Of a stretch of 28,844 nucleotides of DNA, positions 11,149 through 20,800 are shown piece after piece. The notes under the pieces were generated by a model. That model was not told where the DNA came from and did not search any database. It was given only the letters and a program-made list of their open reading frames with translations. The stretch's first letter is position 1. The number at the start of each line of letters is the position of its first letter. Location: the NCBI GenBank assembly GCA_000388065.2, contig KB932201.1; one strand, 5' to 3'. The stretch is from Fonticula alba ATCC 38817 (Eukaryota > Protista > Nucleariida). The position numbers were made by a program, and so were the translations under genes.

Positions 11149-11799
11149 CCCCCTGCCCCCTTCTCTCCCCTTCCCTCTGCCAGGTGTCTAACGCCCTCTA
11201 ATATGCACGCCTCAGTCGTCTGCTCCCGATGCGGCCCCGACTGAGGACACGACCGAGCTTCAGTCGACCAAGGGTACGCTCTGCTTCCTTGTTTGCCTCT
11301 TCCTCCTCCTCCTCCTCCTCTTCTTCACCTCTCTCTCTTCCACCTCCTTGTCCCTCTCTCCATGCCACCCTTCTCTCCTCCGCCTTCCGCCACTGCTCCT
11401 GGCCCATAGCTGACCCTGTGCACATACGCGTGGACATCACACCTGCCAGATCGCCTTGCCGAGGTTGAGCGCGAGCGTGACAACCTTCTGGCCCAGATCC
11501 AGACCCAGGCTCGGGAGCTGGAGGACCTGAGCACCGAGCGGGCGGCCGTCACGGGCGCTCTCGACAAGGCCAACTGGCTGATCGCCGCCCTGACCGACAC
11601 GGCGCAGGTGGTTGAGTGTGTCCCCCCCGGGGCCGATGGCGCCGAGGAAAGCGAGGCCTCGGAGGGGGGCCTGCTGCCGCTGGCAGATGGCAAGTCTGCT
11701 GCCTCCCGCCGGCCGGTGGGCGAGGACGACATCACCGACGACGAGCCCGAGATGGAAGCCCCCATGTCGGAGGGCGATGACGAGCTGGAGTCGTACTGA
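8337..11799 (+). CDS. RUN-domain protein (RUFY/RUNDC3-like) with poly-His linker and long repeat coiled coil; no FYVE finger
   Basis: Exons 8337-8980, 9155-9325, 9438-11094, 11216-11273, 11450-11799 (2,880 nt, ~959 aa including a 10-N gap); all junctions GT-AG and phase-consistent. RUN blocks: LELLLSHGLR, FWDALATL, LGRLRAWLRKLLMEKSLGQFLRFLL and YEPWA...ILGLL, matching the RUFY pattern EHCLKHGLK...GR.RAWLRLALMQKK. An upstream exon is possible (CAGCAG acceptor just before the ATG). Confidence 0.82.
9003..9046. repeat. (GT)22 microsatellite in intron 1 of the RUN gene
   Basis: Perfect dinucleotide run. Confidence 0.97.
9976..10836 (+). repeat. Coding tandem repeat, 42-bp / 14-aa unit (consensus A[TAS]ERxxxLEA[DE]Lxx), about 19-20 units
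   Basis: Units such as ATERTAALEVDLQT, ASERVVTLEADLKT, AAERATALEAELSS and ASERTAALEADLQA. Units 10318-10359 and 10393-10434 are identical at the DNA level and flank a 10-N gap (10383-10392). Confidence 0.93.
11111..11145. repeat. (TC)n microsatellite in intron 3 of the RUN gene
   Basis: Dinucleotide run after the GTATGA donor at 11095. Confidence 0.95.
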
Positions 11800-12330
11800 T
11801 TTCGTGGCTCAACCCAGCACCCATGAATGTTATTTTGACCGCATATTGCCAACGCATCGGGCTTTGGGCTGCGGCCACCCAGGACGGGGAATGGCGGTCG
11901 GGCGGCAGCTGTGTCGGATGTGCTGTCCTTCATGCTGCCCGTGGTGTGGGGGGTTCGGCCGGGCGGGCAGGCGGAGCAGTGGTGTTGTGGCTTTGGAGAG
12001 CGGCAGAGGGCGGCACAAGAACAGCGGGTGGCGGGGGGCGCGAGCACGTTTCAGCGGGCGAGTGGTGTTGGTGGTCGTCCTCCATCTCTCGCCGCGCCCC
12101 TCGGGCCGGCCTTCTGGTGTGGTGGGGGTCCCGGGCAGAACGGGCCGAGGGTCGATTCGCGCCATGGCCGAGGGTTTAGAAGCCCAGCAGAGAGCCGGGC
12201 GCCGCATCCGTGCCGCGGGATGGAGCGGCTTTTTCTCTGACCATCTCCAGGGGAGAGCCGCCTCCGCCGCGGCGTCTTGAGTAAAGAGAATTTGCCGGTT
12301 CCCCCCTCTTTCTCCTTCTTCCTCCCCCCC

Positions 12331-12625
12331 NNNNNNNNNNNNNNNNNNNNNNNNNNNNNNNNNNNNNNNNNNNNNNNNNNNNNNNNNNNNNNNNNNNNNN
12401 NNNNNNNNNNNNNNNNNNNNNNNNNNNNNNNNNNNNNNNNNNNNNNNNNNNNNNNNNNNNNNNNNNNNNNNNNNNNNNNNNNNNNNNNNNNNNNNNNNNN
12501 NNNNNNNNNNNNNNNNNNNNNNNNNNNNNNNNNNNNNNNNNNNNNNNNNNNNNNNNNNNNNNNNNNNNNNNNNNNNNNNNNNNNNNNNNNNNNNNNNNNN
12601 NNNNNNNNNNNNNNNNNNNNNNNNN
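12331..12625. other. Assembly gap (~295 N) upstream of NDUFV2
   Basis: N run following a C-rich tract. Confidence 0.99.
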
Positions 12626-12882
12626 CGCGCCAAATTGCCCCTCGCCTTCCTTGGCCAGCCCTCCCATCATCAGGATACCCCTCCTCTCGACATTCCGCAA
12701 GCACAGGGCGGCGCCTACCTGCAGTGCCTGTTCCTTGAGATCGTCGACCTGGCTCGCCCATCCGCCTCTTCTTGTGCCCTGTCCTCCCCGGCAGCTCTTC
12801 GTCTTCTCCCGCTCCTCCTGCTCTCGCCTCCTCCCTGCTGTCTTATCTCACCATTGTCCTTGCTTCCACCCAGGTTCGAAGA

Positions 12883-14109
12883 ATGCTCTCGTCCGCTCGC
12901 ATCTCCGCCATGCGTCTGGCCGGCGCCCGTGGCTTCCACACCTCTGCCGCCCGCTCCGCTGGCTCCATGTTCGTCGTTGTGCGTCTGCTCCTCCCTTCGA
13001 CTCCTCTGCTCTTGTGGCCCTCGGCTTGGCCGTCTTTTGCCAGCCAGCGCCGCACCCCTCCGCCCCCTCCCTCCCCCCCTCTCTCTGTCCCCCTCTCGTT
13101 CCCGCACCCGCTCGATTTAATCGCCCAGCTGACGCGTGTCTCCTCGGCCCCTCCTCCGGCAGCACCGCGACGTGCCCGGCAACCACCAGAACGAGAAGTT
13201 CGAGTTCACCCCTGAGAACATGAAGCGCGCCAAGGAGGTCATCACCTGGTACCCGCCCCAGTACAAGAAGGGCGCCGTCATGCCGCTCCTGGACATTGCT
13301 CAGCGTCAGGTGCGCACCTCGACAGCCTTGTCCCTTTGCCGCCCCTGCCCCCTCTCACCACATCCTGCACTCCATCACGGCCCCCATCCCTCTGACTCCG
13401 GCCTCTTGCTGGTCCCTGCCCCTCCCCCGCCCTTCCCCCCCCCCCCCCCCGACTGATGTCTCATTCTTAGCATGGCGGCTGGCTCCCGATCAACGCCATG
13501 AACTACGTGGCCAAGATGCTGGACATGCCCCCGATGCGTGTCTACGAGGTGGCCACCTTCTACTCGATGTACCAGCGCAAGCCGGTCGGCAAGTTCATCC
13601 TCGGCGTCTGCACCACCACCCCCTGCATGCTGCGTGGCTCGACTGCCATCATGAACACCATCAAGTCGCACCTGGGCAACATCGCCGTTGGTGAGACCAC
13701 CCCGGACGGCCTGTTCACCCTGAACGAGCTCGAGTGCCTGGGTGCCTGCGTCAACGCCCCGGTTGTTAAGATCAACGATGATTACTATGTACGTAGCACA
13801 GGAGGGAAGGGCGCCGGCCGGCAACATCACTTGTGCCTTTCCGGCTTCCCTTTCTGTTTGGGACTTGGTCTCGCCCATGAATCTCACCCCATGTCCGTCA
13901 CCTTCCCCCCCGCCCCTGCCCCCCAACCCCAGGAGGACCTCACCACCGGCAACATCCGCGATATCCTCCAGCGGCTCGCCTCCGGGCAGGGTGACACCCT
14001 GGTCCCTGGCCCGCAGGGCACCCGCCGCACCTGCGAGCCGGCTGGTGGCCTGACCACCCTGACCGGCCCGCCCCCCGGTCCGGGCTTCCGTGTCCGCGAG
14101 GACCTCTAA
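12883..14109 (+). CDS. NDUFV2: NADH:ubiquinone oxidoreductase 24-kDa subunit (complex I, 2Fe-2S cluster N1a), mitochondrial precursor
   Basis: Exons 12883-12978, 13163-13309, 13471-13788, 13933-14109 (245 aa). Presequence [24 protein letters not shown]. Conserved HRD...[34 protein letters not shown], 2Fe-2S ligands in VCTTTPC and ECLGAC, and the eukaryotic C-terminal extension [19 protein letters not shown]. Confidence 0.97.
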
Positions 14110-14431
14110 GCATCACGCGTTGTTCACCCCGCCGCACTCGATATGGGTCCACTCGTCCCCCTGGCCCGCCCCCTCCCATCTATACACAGCACGCCCCCCC
14201 CCCCCCCCCCCCCAAGGCCAGGGGTTGGGCCCGCCCTCTCACATTTCCTTTCAGTTACCCCCAAATACACTTGGTTTGCCCTTGTCGAGAGCCCCCTTGC
14301 TCCCGTTGGTTGCTGGCCGGACCCATGGACACCCGTGGATAGCTGGCATGGCATGTGGGTGTGCATGGGGCACATGCGTCCTGTGGCAGGCATGGCAGGC
14401 TCTCCCGCGGGGAAATGCATCTATTTCTTGG

Positions 14432-14946
14432 TCAATGGGAGGACGCTGCCGCGTTGCCGCCGGCTATCCGGGCCAGGAGAGACTCAACCTGGCGCTGGAG
14501 CTGCAGCGCCTCGGACATCAGCTGCGCGTCGCTCCCCGGAGCTGGGTGACCGTCCGGCGGGGTGGCGGCGGCGGCGGCCACGGCGGCAGCGGCGGCAGCC
14601 GTCACACCGGCGAGAGACGCCGCAAGGGATGCTCCCCCGCCGGGGGGCGGCGCCTTGGGATCTGAATGGGAGCGATGGTGTGCCTTGAGCAGCGGGGGCG
14701 CTGGACCCGCCGGAGCGACGCTGCCGCGACGCTGGGCAGTGTTCATTCTGTTGATGTCATTTTCCAAAAGGCTCGGGTGGTTGTGTGGCAGACTGGTGGA
14801 TCGGCGTCCGAGAGACGGCACCGGGGGAGGGCGGCCGTCGATCGGGATCTGGATCGTCCAAAGGAAAGGGAAAAAAGAAAGCCAAGACCGAGGGAGGGGG
14901 GACGGGGCGCGTGAGAGGGAGCCAGTCAAACCAAATGCAGAAAGAG

Positions 14947-14977
<31 letters not shown>

Positions 14978-16347
14978 GGTTTCACGCCGGTGGTGTCGAT
15001 GTACCCGATTGAAAGGCTGGCCTTTTGGGCGGCCATGCCATGGGAGGGGGCCATTGTATGGCGTGTCGGAGGTCGGCCTCCGGCAGAGAGCGAGGTCCGC
15101 CGGGGGGACATGGTCGGCCGGGCAAGAGAGAGACTCGGCCGGGAGGAGTGGCGATTATAGAGGCCAGCACGCGAGGGGAGGGCGACTGGACGCAGGGGAG
15201 GAGATTGCCCGACCGCCGGCGCTAGCGATGACCGGGACCGAAGAAGCGGGGCCGGTGTATCGAGCGGTGTGAGCGAGGCCTCGCGGACTGTCCAGCATTC
15301 CGGGTGGTTAGCGGGCCGAAAGGCCGGTGGCAAGAGGGAAATGACCGGACTTGAATACGCATATAAATGCATATATATATGTATGCATGTGTGGCAGGTG
15401 CGAGCTATGGACATGCGCGACGCACGCCGACGTGACGAGAGGGTAAGGATCTCGGGCTGGAAGGACGAGTCCTCCTCAAGGGCGCTTGGCAAGCGTCGAG
15501 CGGCGGGGGCACCGCCGGCTGGGAGGGTGGTTTTCCGGCACCGGACGGCCGACATTTCATCGAGGCTGGCTGTCGATGCCCGGGCCACCGATGCGCGCCA
15601 CGACTGGCGAATGGTGGCCGGGCTGAAGGTCATGGTGGCGCGGCGGTTGCTTTGGGCGGGGGCGGAGGGGTTCGACATGTCCACCTGCCGGCGAGATGCA
15701 TGCCCCGGCGGGGATGGTGATGTCGTGCCGGGGCCTGCCAGTGAGGGAGAGCCCATGGGCGGCGCGGGGTCCGAAGCGGCCAGAGCGTCGGGCCGCTCGG
15801 CCGGCTGGGGCAATTCGGCTCGCGCCTGCTCGGCCATCTGGCGCATGCGCCGGGACACGCGACGCTGAAGGGCACGCGCCGGGTCCCCCTGCGCCTCGAG
15901 CAGCTCGGCCAGGGTGATGTCCCGGAAGCGGGCCAGCGCACGGAGCTTCGACTGAAAGGTCAACTCCAAATCACGCTTCAGGTGCTCGGCGCGGCGTTGC
16001 ATCAGCGACAGCGAGAGGGAGGCTACGGTCGGCACATGTATGTATGTGTGTGTGTGTGTGTGGGGGGGGGGAGAGACGGGCAACTCGAATGTGAGGATCG
16101 GTGCACCAATGGCGCAGCGAGCAGAGGATGTCCAGGGTGGCGACGCACTGTCGTGGTCAAATTGGTCCAGAAGGAGCATGAGTCTTGGTGCCTGGTCACC
16201 GGGAGGCTGGTCGAATGAGCTGGTGCTCGAGCTGAGCAGGGGAGATTCGATGGGACAGGAGCCGGCTGGGGCGGAGTCCGGCCCCGGCCAGTGCCGCGAG
16301 GGAGCGGCATCCTCCCGGTGTTGCTCCGGGAAGCCGAAGTGGCTCAT
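14432..16347 (-). CDS. Borealin/Nbl1-like chromosomal passenger complex subunit (putative)
   Basis: Exons 16347-16149, 16022-15426, 15287-14986, 14848-14432 (1,515 nt, 504 aa), phase-consistent; the third donor GTGAAA is weak. Splicing intron 1 creates LLLDQFDHDTSLSLSLMQRRAEHLKRDLELTFQSKLRALARFRDITLAELL, which aligns with the Borealin N-terminal helix. A Ser/Pro/Arg-rich middle and a C-terminal amphipathic helix (AQLMSEALQLQRQVESLLARI) follow. Confidence 0.6.
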
Positions 16348-17181
16348 CTTGCGAGGGAGGCGAGGCAGGAAGCAGGACGAGAGGCAGGGGGAGGAGGAAG
16401 CGGGGGAGCGGGTTGCAGACTCGCCGTGTGCCGGCGAGCTGTGGGGCGCCCGATCAAGGGAGCGGGTGGTCGAGCGGGCCCGAGCGATGCCAGGCGAGGG
16501 GCGGCCTTGGTGAAAGCCCAAAGGGACCTCGGCCGGGCAAGGCGGGGAAGATCTGCGGCAACAATGCCCGGGGGCAGTCCCGGCGGCCCGGCATCCGGGC
16601 GATCTAAGAGGCGGGCTTGAAAAAACGATATCCCATTCGTGGGCATCACGCCCAGTCACGCTTGCGGCATGTGAGCAAGCAAGCGATCACGGATCGCCCG
16701 TAATAAACCCTAGACATTCTGGAGGCGTGTGCCTGTGCCTTTCTCTGTGGGCTCCGGGGAGGCAACCCCCCCCCCCCCCTCCCCCCCTCTCTCGCTTCCC
16801 GGCGTGGAGGCCCCTTTGAAAGCGAGCCACATCCGGCCTACGAGGGTGTGTATGTGTGTGTGTGTGTGTGTCTTTCGAGCTGTATGTGCGGGGCGCCGAG
16901 TTTTTTTTCGAGTGATCCGGACACAATGGACAGGGCGCGCGGGCCGGGGGGGGGGCGGCGAGAAGGCGCCCAGGAGATTTGCGGGGCTGCTCTCAGGATG
17001 CTATATCAGATTGAGGGAGAACCGGGGAACGAGAGGACAAAGGCGACGACGGCTGATGCCCCCAGGTGCTGGTCTCACTCGGCCTCAAGGCGTTCTGGCG
17101 TGCGATCAACCCTACTCCGGCCGATGGTCCGGGTGACCAGGCCCCTCGCCGCGTCGCGCGTTCTCCTTTTTATTCCGCGCC

Positions 17182-17201
17182 CGCGCGCGCGCGCGCGCGC
17201 G
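17182..17201. repeat. (CG)10 alternating purine-pyrimidine tract
   Basis: Perfect CGCG run in the divergent Borealin-like/ValRS intergenic region. Confidence 0.92.
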
Positions 17202-17882
17202 CTCTCGCCCCCATCTAGCCGCGGGAGCCGGCGTCTCGGGATGCTCCACGCGCACGCGTATCCGTGGTGCGTCCACGCGCGCCCTGCCCGGGCAGCGGGT
17301 CGTGGCTGGCACGGCCTCGGTGCATCGTCTGCCCAGGCTTCCCGGGCCGAGGCACCTTCATGCGCAATGCGCTGCGGGCGGGGATCTTCCCGCCCCCCGC
17401 TCGCCCCAGTGTCTGGAGATCCGCCCGTCCCCCCCCCCCCCCCCCAGTCACCTCCTCCTCCTCCTCTCTGCCCTTCCTCCCCTCTGCCGCATCCGTCCTC
17501 CCCCGCCCCCGCCCACCCCTCACCGGTATCGAAGTTGATCAATCAATGGTGCCACCCGTCCAATCGGAAGCTGCCTCGTGGGTTCAGCCACATCTTCGTC
17601 GTGGTGTCCGCATCGTGCGTATACCCTCTCGCCATCCTTTTCTTTCCGTCCCCCCCCCCCCCCCCCCCCCCCCCCCCTGGTCTCCTGCTCAGTCCCGCTC
17701 CGTGGTCGACATTCCCACCAGGGCGTCCCTCGGTCGGGGGGCGTGCCCCCCATGCAACCGGAGCCAGTTTTTCCGGCACCGACATGGTGCCCGGGCTGCA
17801 GGCCCACTCAGCCTGCCTCCTTTTTTTTTTTGGTGCTGGTTTCCCCTCCCCACACCGCCCCTTTCCCCTCTCCTCCGATACC

Positions 17883-20800
17883 ATGACCGCCGATCAGCCC
17901 GAGGTCGCGGGTGCCACCGCCACCACCGTGTCTTCCGTCGACTCGAAGCTCTCGGAGCTCTCCGTCGAGTCTGCTGACGCCTCCGCCGCCGCTGCCGCCG
18001 CGGCCGCCGCTCCCACCACCATCGACATGAACGCGCCCTTCATCAACCCCGACGGCACGCCGATGACCAAGAACCAGATCAAGAATGAGGAGAAGCGCCG
18101 TGTACGTGGCCGAGATCCCACATCTCCCGCCGGCTTATCGCTGCCACATGTCCACCTGTAGGCTGACACGCACACGCCCCCCCCCCTCCCCCCCCCCCCC
18201 CCCCCCCCCTCGCCTATCCCAGGCCAAGATGGAGAAGTTCCTGGCCAAGCAGGCCAAGCAGTCCGAGAAGGCTGCCGCTGCCAAGGATGCTCCCAAGAAG
18301 GCCCCGAAGGTGGTCAAGGCCCCGGTTGAGATCCCGGTCGACAACACCCCGAAGGGCAGCAAGAAGGACACCGCGGCCCAGTTCCCCAGCTCCTACCACC
18401 CGACCTACGTCGAGTCGGCCTGGTATTCCTGGTGGCAGGAGAGCGGCTTCTTCAAGCCCGAGTACTCGCATCCCAACCTGGACGCCGCGCCGGAGGACAC
18501 CTTCACCATTGTCATTCCCCCGCCCAATGTCACCGGGTCCCTGCATCTTGGCCATGCCCTGACCAATGCCGTGGAGGACTCCCTGGTCCGCTGGAACCGC
18601 ATGAACGGCAAGATGACCCTCTGGCTGCCGGGTACCGATCATGCTGGCATTGCCACGCAGTCGGCCGTCGAGCGCCAGCTCTACCGCGAGACCGGCCAGA
18701 CTCGCCACGATCTGGGTCGCGAGAAGTTCATCGAGAAGATCTGGGCCTGGAAGGACCGCTTTGGCAACCGGATTTGCGATCAGATCAGCCGCCTTGGCTG
18801 CTCGGTTGATTGGAGCCGCCACCGCTTCACCATGGACCCGTCCATGTCCGAGGCTGTCACCGAGGCCTTTGTCCGGCTCTTTGAGAAGGGCTACATTTAC
18901 CGGACCACGCGTCTGGTCAACTGGTGCCCGCATCTGCGCACCGCCCTGTCCAACCTGGAGGTGGACCACATGGAGCTGACCGAGCCGACCATGCTCAAGG
19001 TCCCCGGCCATGGGGAGGACAAGCGCTATGAGTTCGGTGTGCTCATCAAGTTCGCCTACAAGCTGGCCGATGAGGCCGGGCAGCCCACCGACGAGGAGAT
19101 CGTCGTGGCCACCACCCGTATTGAGACCATGCTCGGTGACACTGGCATCATTGTCAACCCGGCGGATCCCCGGTATGAGGGTCTGGTTGGCCGGTCGGCG
19201 GTGCACCCCTTCCTCGGGCATCTGATCCCCATCCGTGCCGACGAGTCGGTGGACATCGAGTTCGGCACGGGTGCCGTGAAGATCACCCCGGCGCACGACC
19301 CGAATGACTATGAGATGCACAAGAAGCATGGCTTCGAGCTGGTGACCATCTTCTCGGATGATGGCCGCATCAATGCCCGCGGTGGCCAGTTCGAGGGCCT
19401 GATGCGCTTCGACGCGCGCGAGGCTGTCATCGCCGCCCTCAAGGAGAAGGGCCTCTACCGCGAGACCGTCAGCAACCCCATGAGCATCCCGATTTGCTCG
19501 CGCTCGGGCGATGTCATCGAGCCGATGCCCAAGCCCCAGTGGTATGTGAAGACCGACGAGTTCTCGGCCCAGGCCGCTGATGCTGTGCGCAGTGGCAAGA
19601 TCCAGATCCTGCCGGAGGGTGTCTTCGACCGGACTTGGTTCCACTGGATGGAGTCCCCCCAGGACTGGTGCATTTCGCGTCAGCTCTGGTGGGGCCACCA
19701 GATCCCGGTGTACCGTGTGACCTTCGTGTGCGAGGCCCTGGAGGCGTCCGTACGTGCCGCCACCAAGGAAGATGGCTTGCAATCGCCCCGCCCCCTTTCC
19801 TGCCTGTTCATTTGCCATCTTCCCCCCTCCACTTGGCCATCTTCCTTTCCCCTTCCCTCTCCCTTCTAACGGGTGTCTGCTTGGGCGGGCCGGCGGGGAC
19901 CATCTCCCCGCGCGCGCTGTGCTCCTCCTTCCACTCCGCCTCCTTCCTCGGGGACATGGTCATGCCCCGCCAGCTTCCACTCCGCCTCCTTCCTCGGGGA
20001 CATGGTCATGCCCCGCCAGACGCCCGATGATGATGCCCGGTGGATTGCTGCCCGTTCGGCCGACGAGGCTCTGGACCAGGCCGCCAAGAACTTTGGCGTT
20101 GCTCGGGATCAGATCACCGTCGAGCAGGACTCCGACGTGCTGGACACCTGGTTCTCCTCGGGCCTGTTCCCCTTCGCCACCATGGGCTGGCCCAACGCCG
20201 AGTCTCCGGATCTCAAGGCCTTCTTCCCGAACTCCATCCTGGAGACCGGCCATGATATCATCTTCTTCTGGGTGGCGCGCATGGTCATGATGAGTCTCGC
20301 CCTGACCGGGGAGGTCCCCTTCAGCAAGGTCTTCCTGCATGCCATGGTGCGTGATGCCCATGGCCGCAAGATGTCCAAGTCCCTGGGCAATGTCATCGAC
20401 CCGATCCACATGATCGAGGGTGTTAGCCTGCAGCAGCTGCATGACGCCCTGGATGCCGATACCAACCTGCCGGCCTCCGAGCGCCAGGTGGCCAAGCAGG
20501 GCCAGCGCAAGGACTTCCCGAAGGGCATCGGCGAGTGCGGCACCGACGCGCTGCGCTTTGCCCTGTGTGCGTACACCCTGCAGCCGCGCGAGATCGGAAG
20601 AGCGTCGTTGTTAGCCTGCAGCAGCTGCATGACGCCCTGGATGCCGATACCAACCTGCCGGCCTCCGAGCGCCAGGTGGCCAAGCAGGGCCAGCGCAAGG
20701 ACTTCCCGAAGGGCATCGGCGAGTGCGGCACCGACGCGCTGCGCTTTGCCCTGTGTGCGTACACCCTGCAGCCGCGCGACATCAACCTGGATGTCAAGCG

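Noticed and set aside
12626-12634. E2F-like site (TTTGGCGCG on the minus strand) upstream of NDUFV2; TTTGGCGC also at 756-763
   Set aside because: Short GC-rich motif expected by chance; it abuts a gap and NDUFV2 is not a typical E2F target.
16705-16712. Telobox-like AAACCCTA
   Set aside because: Single short match with no supporting context.
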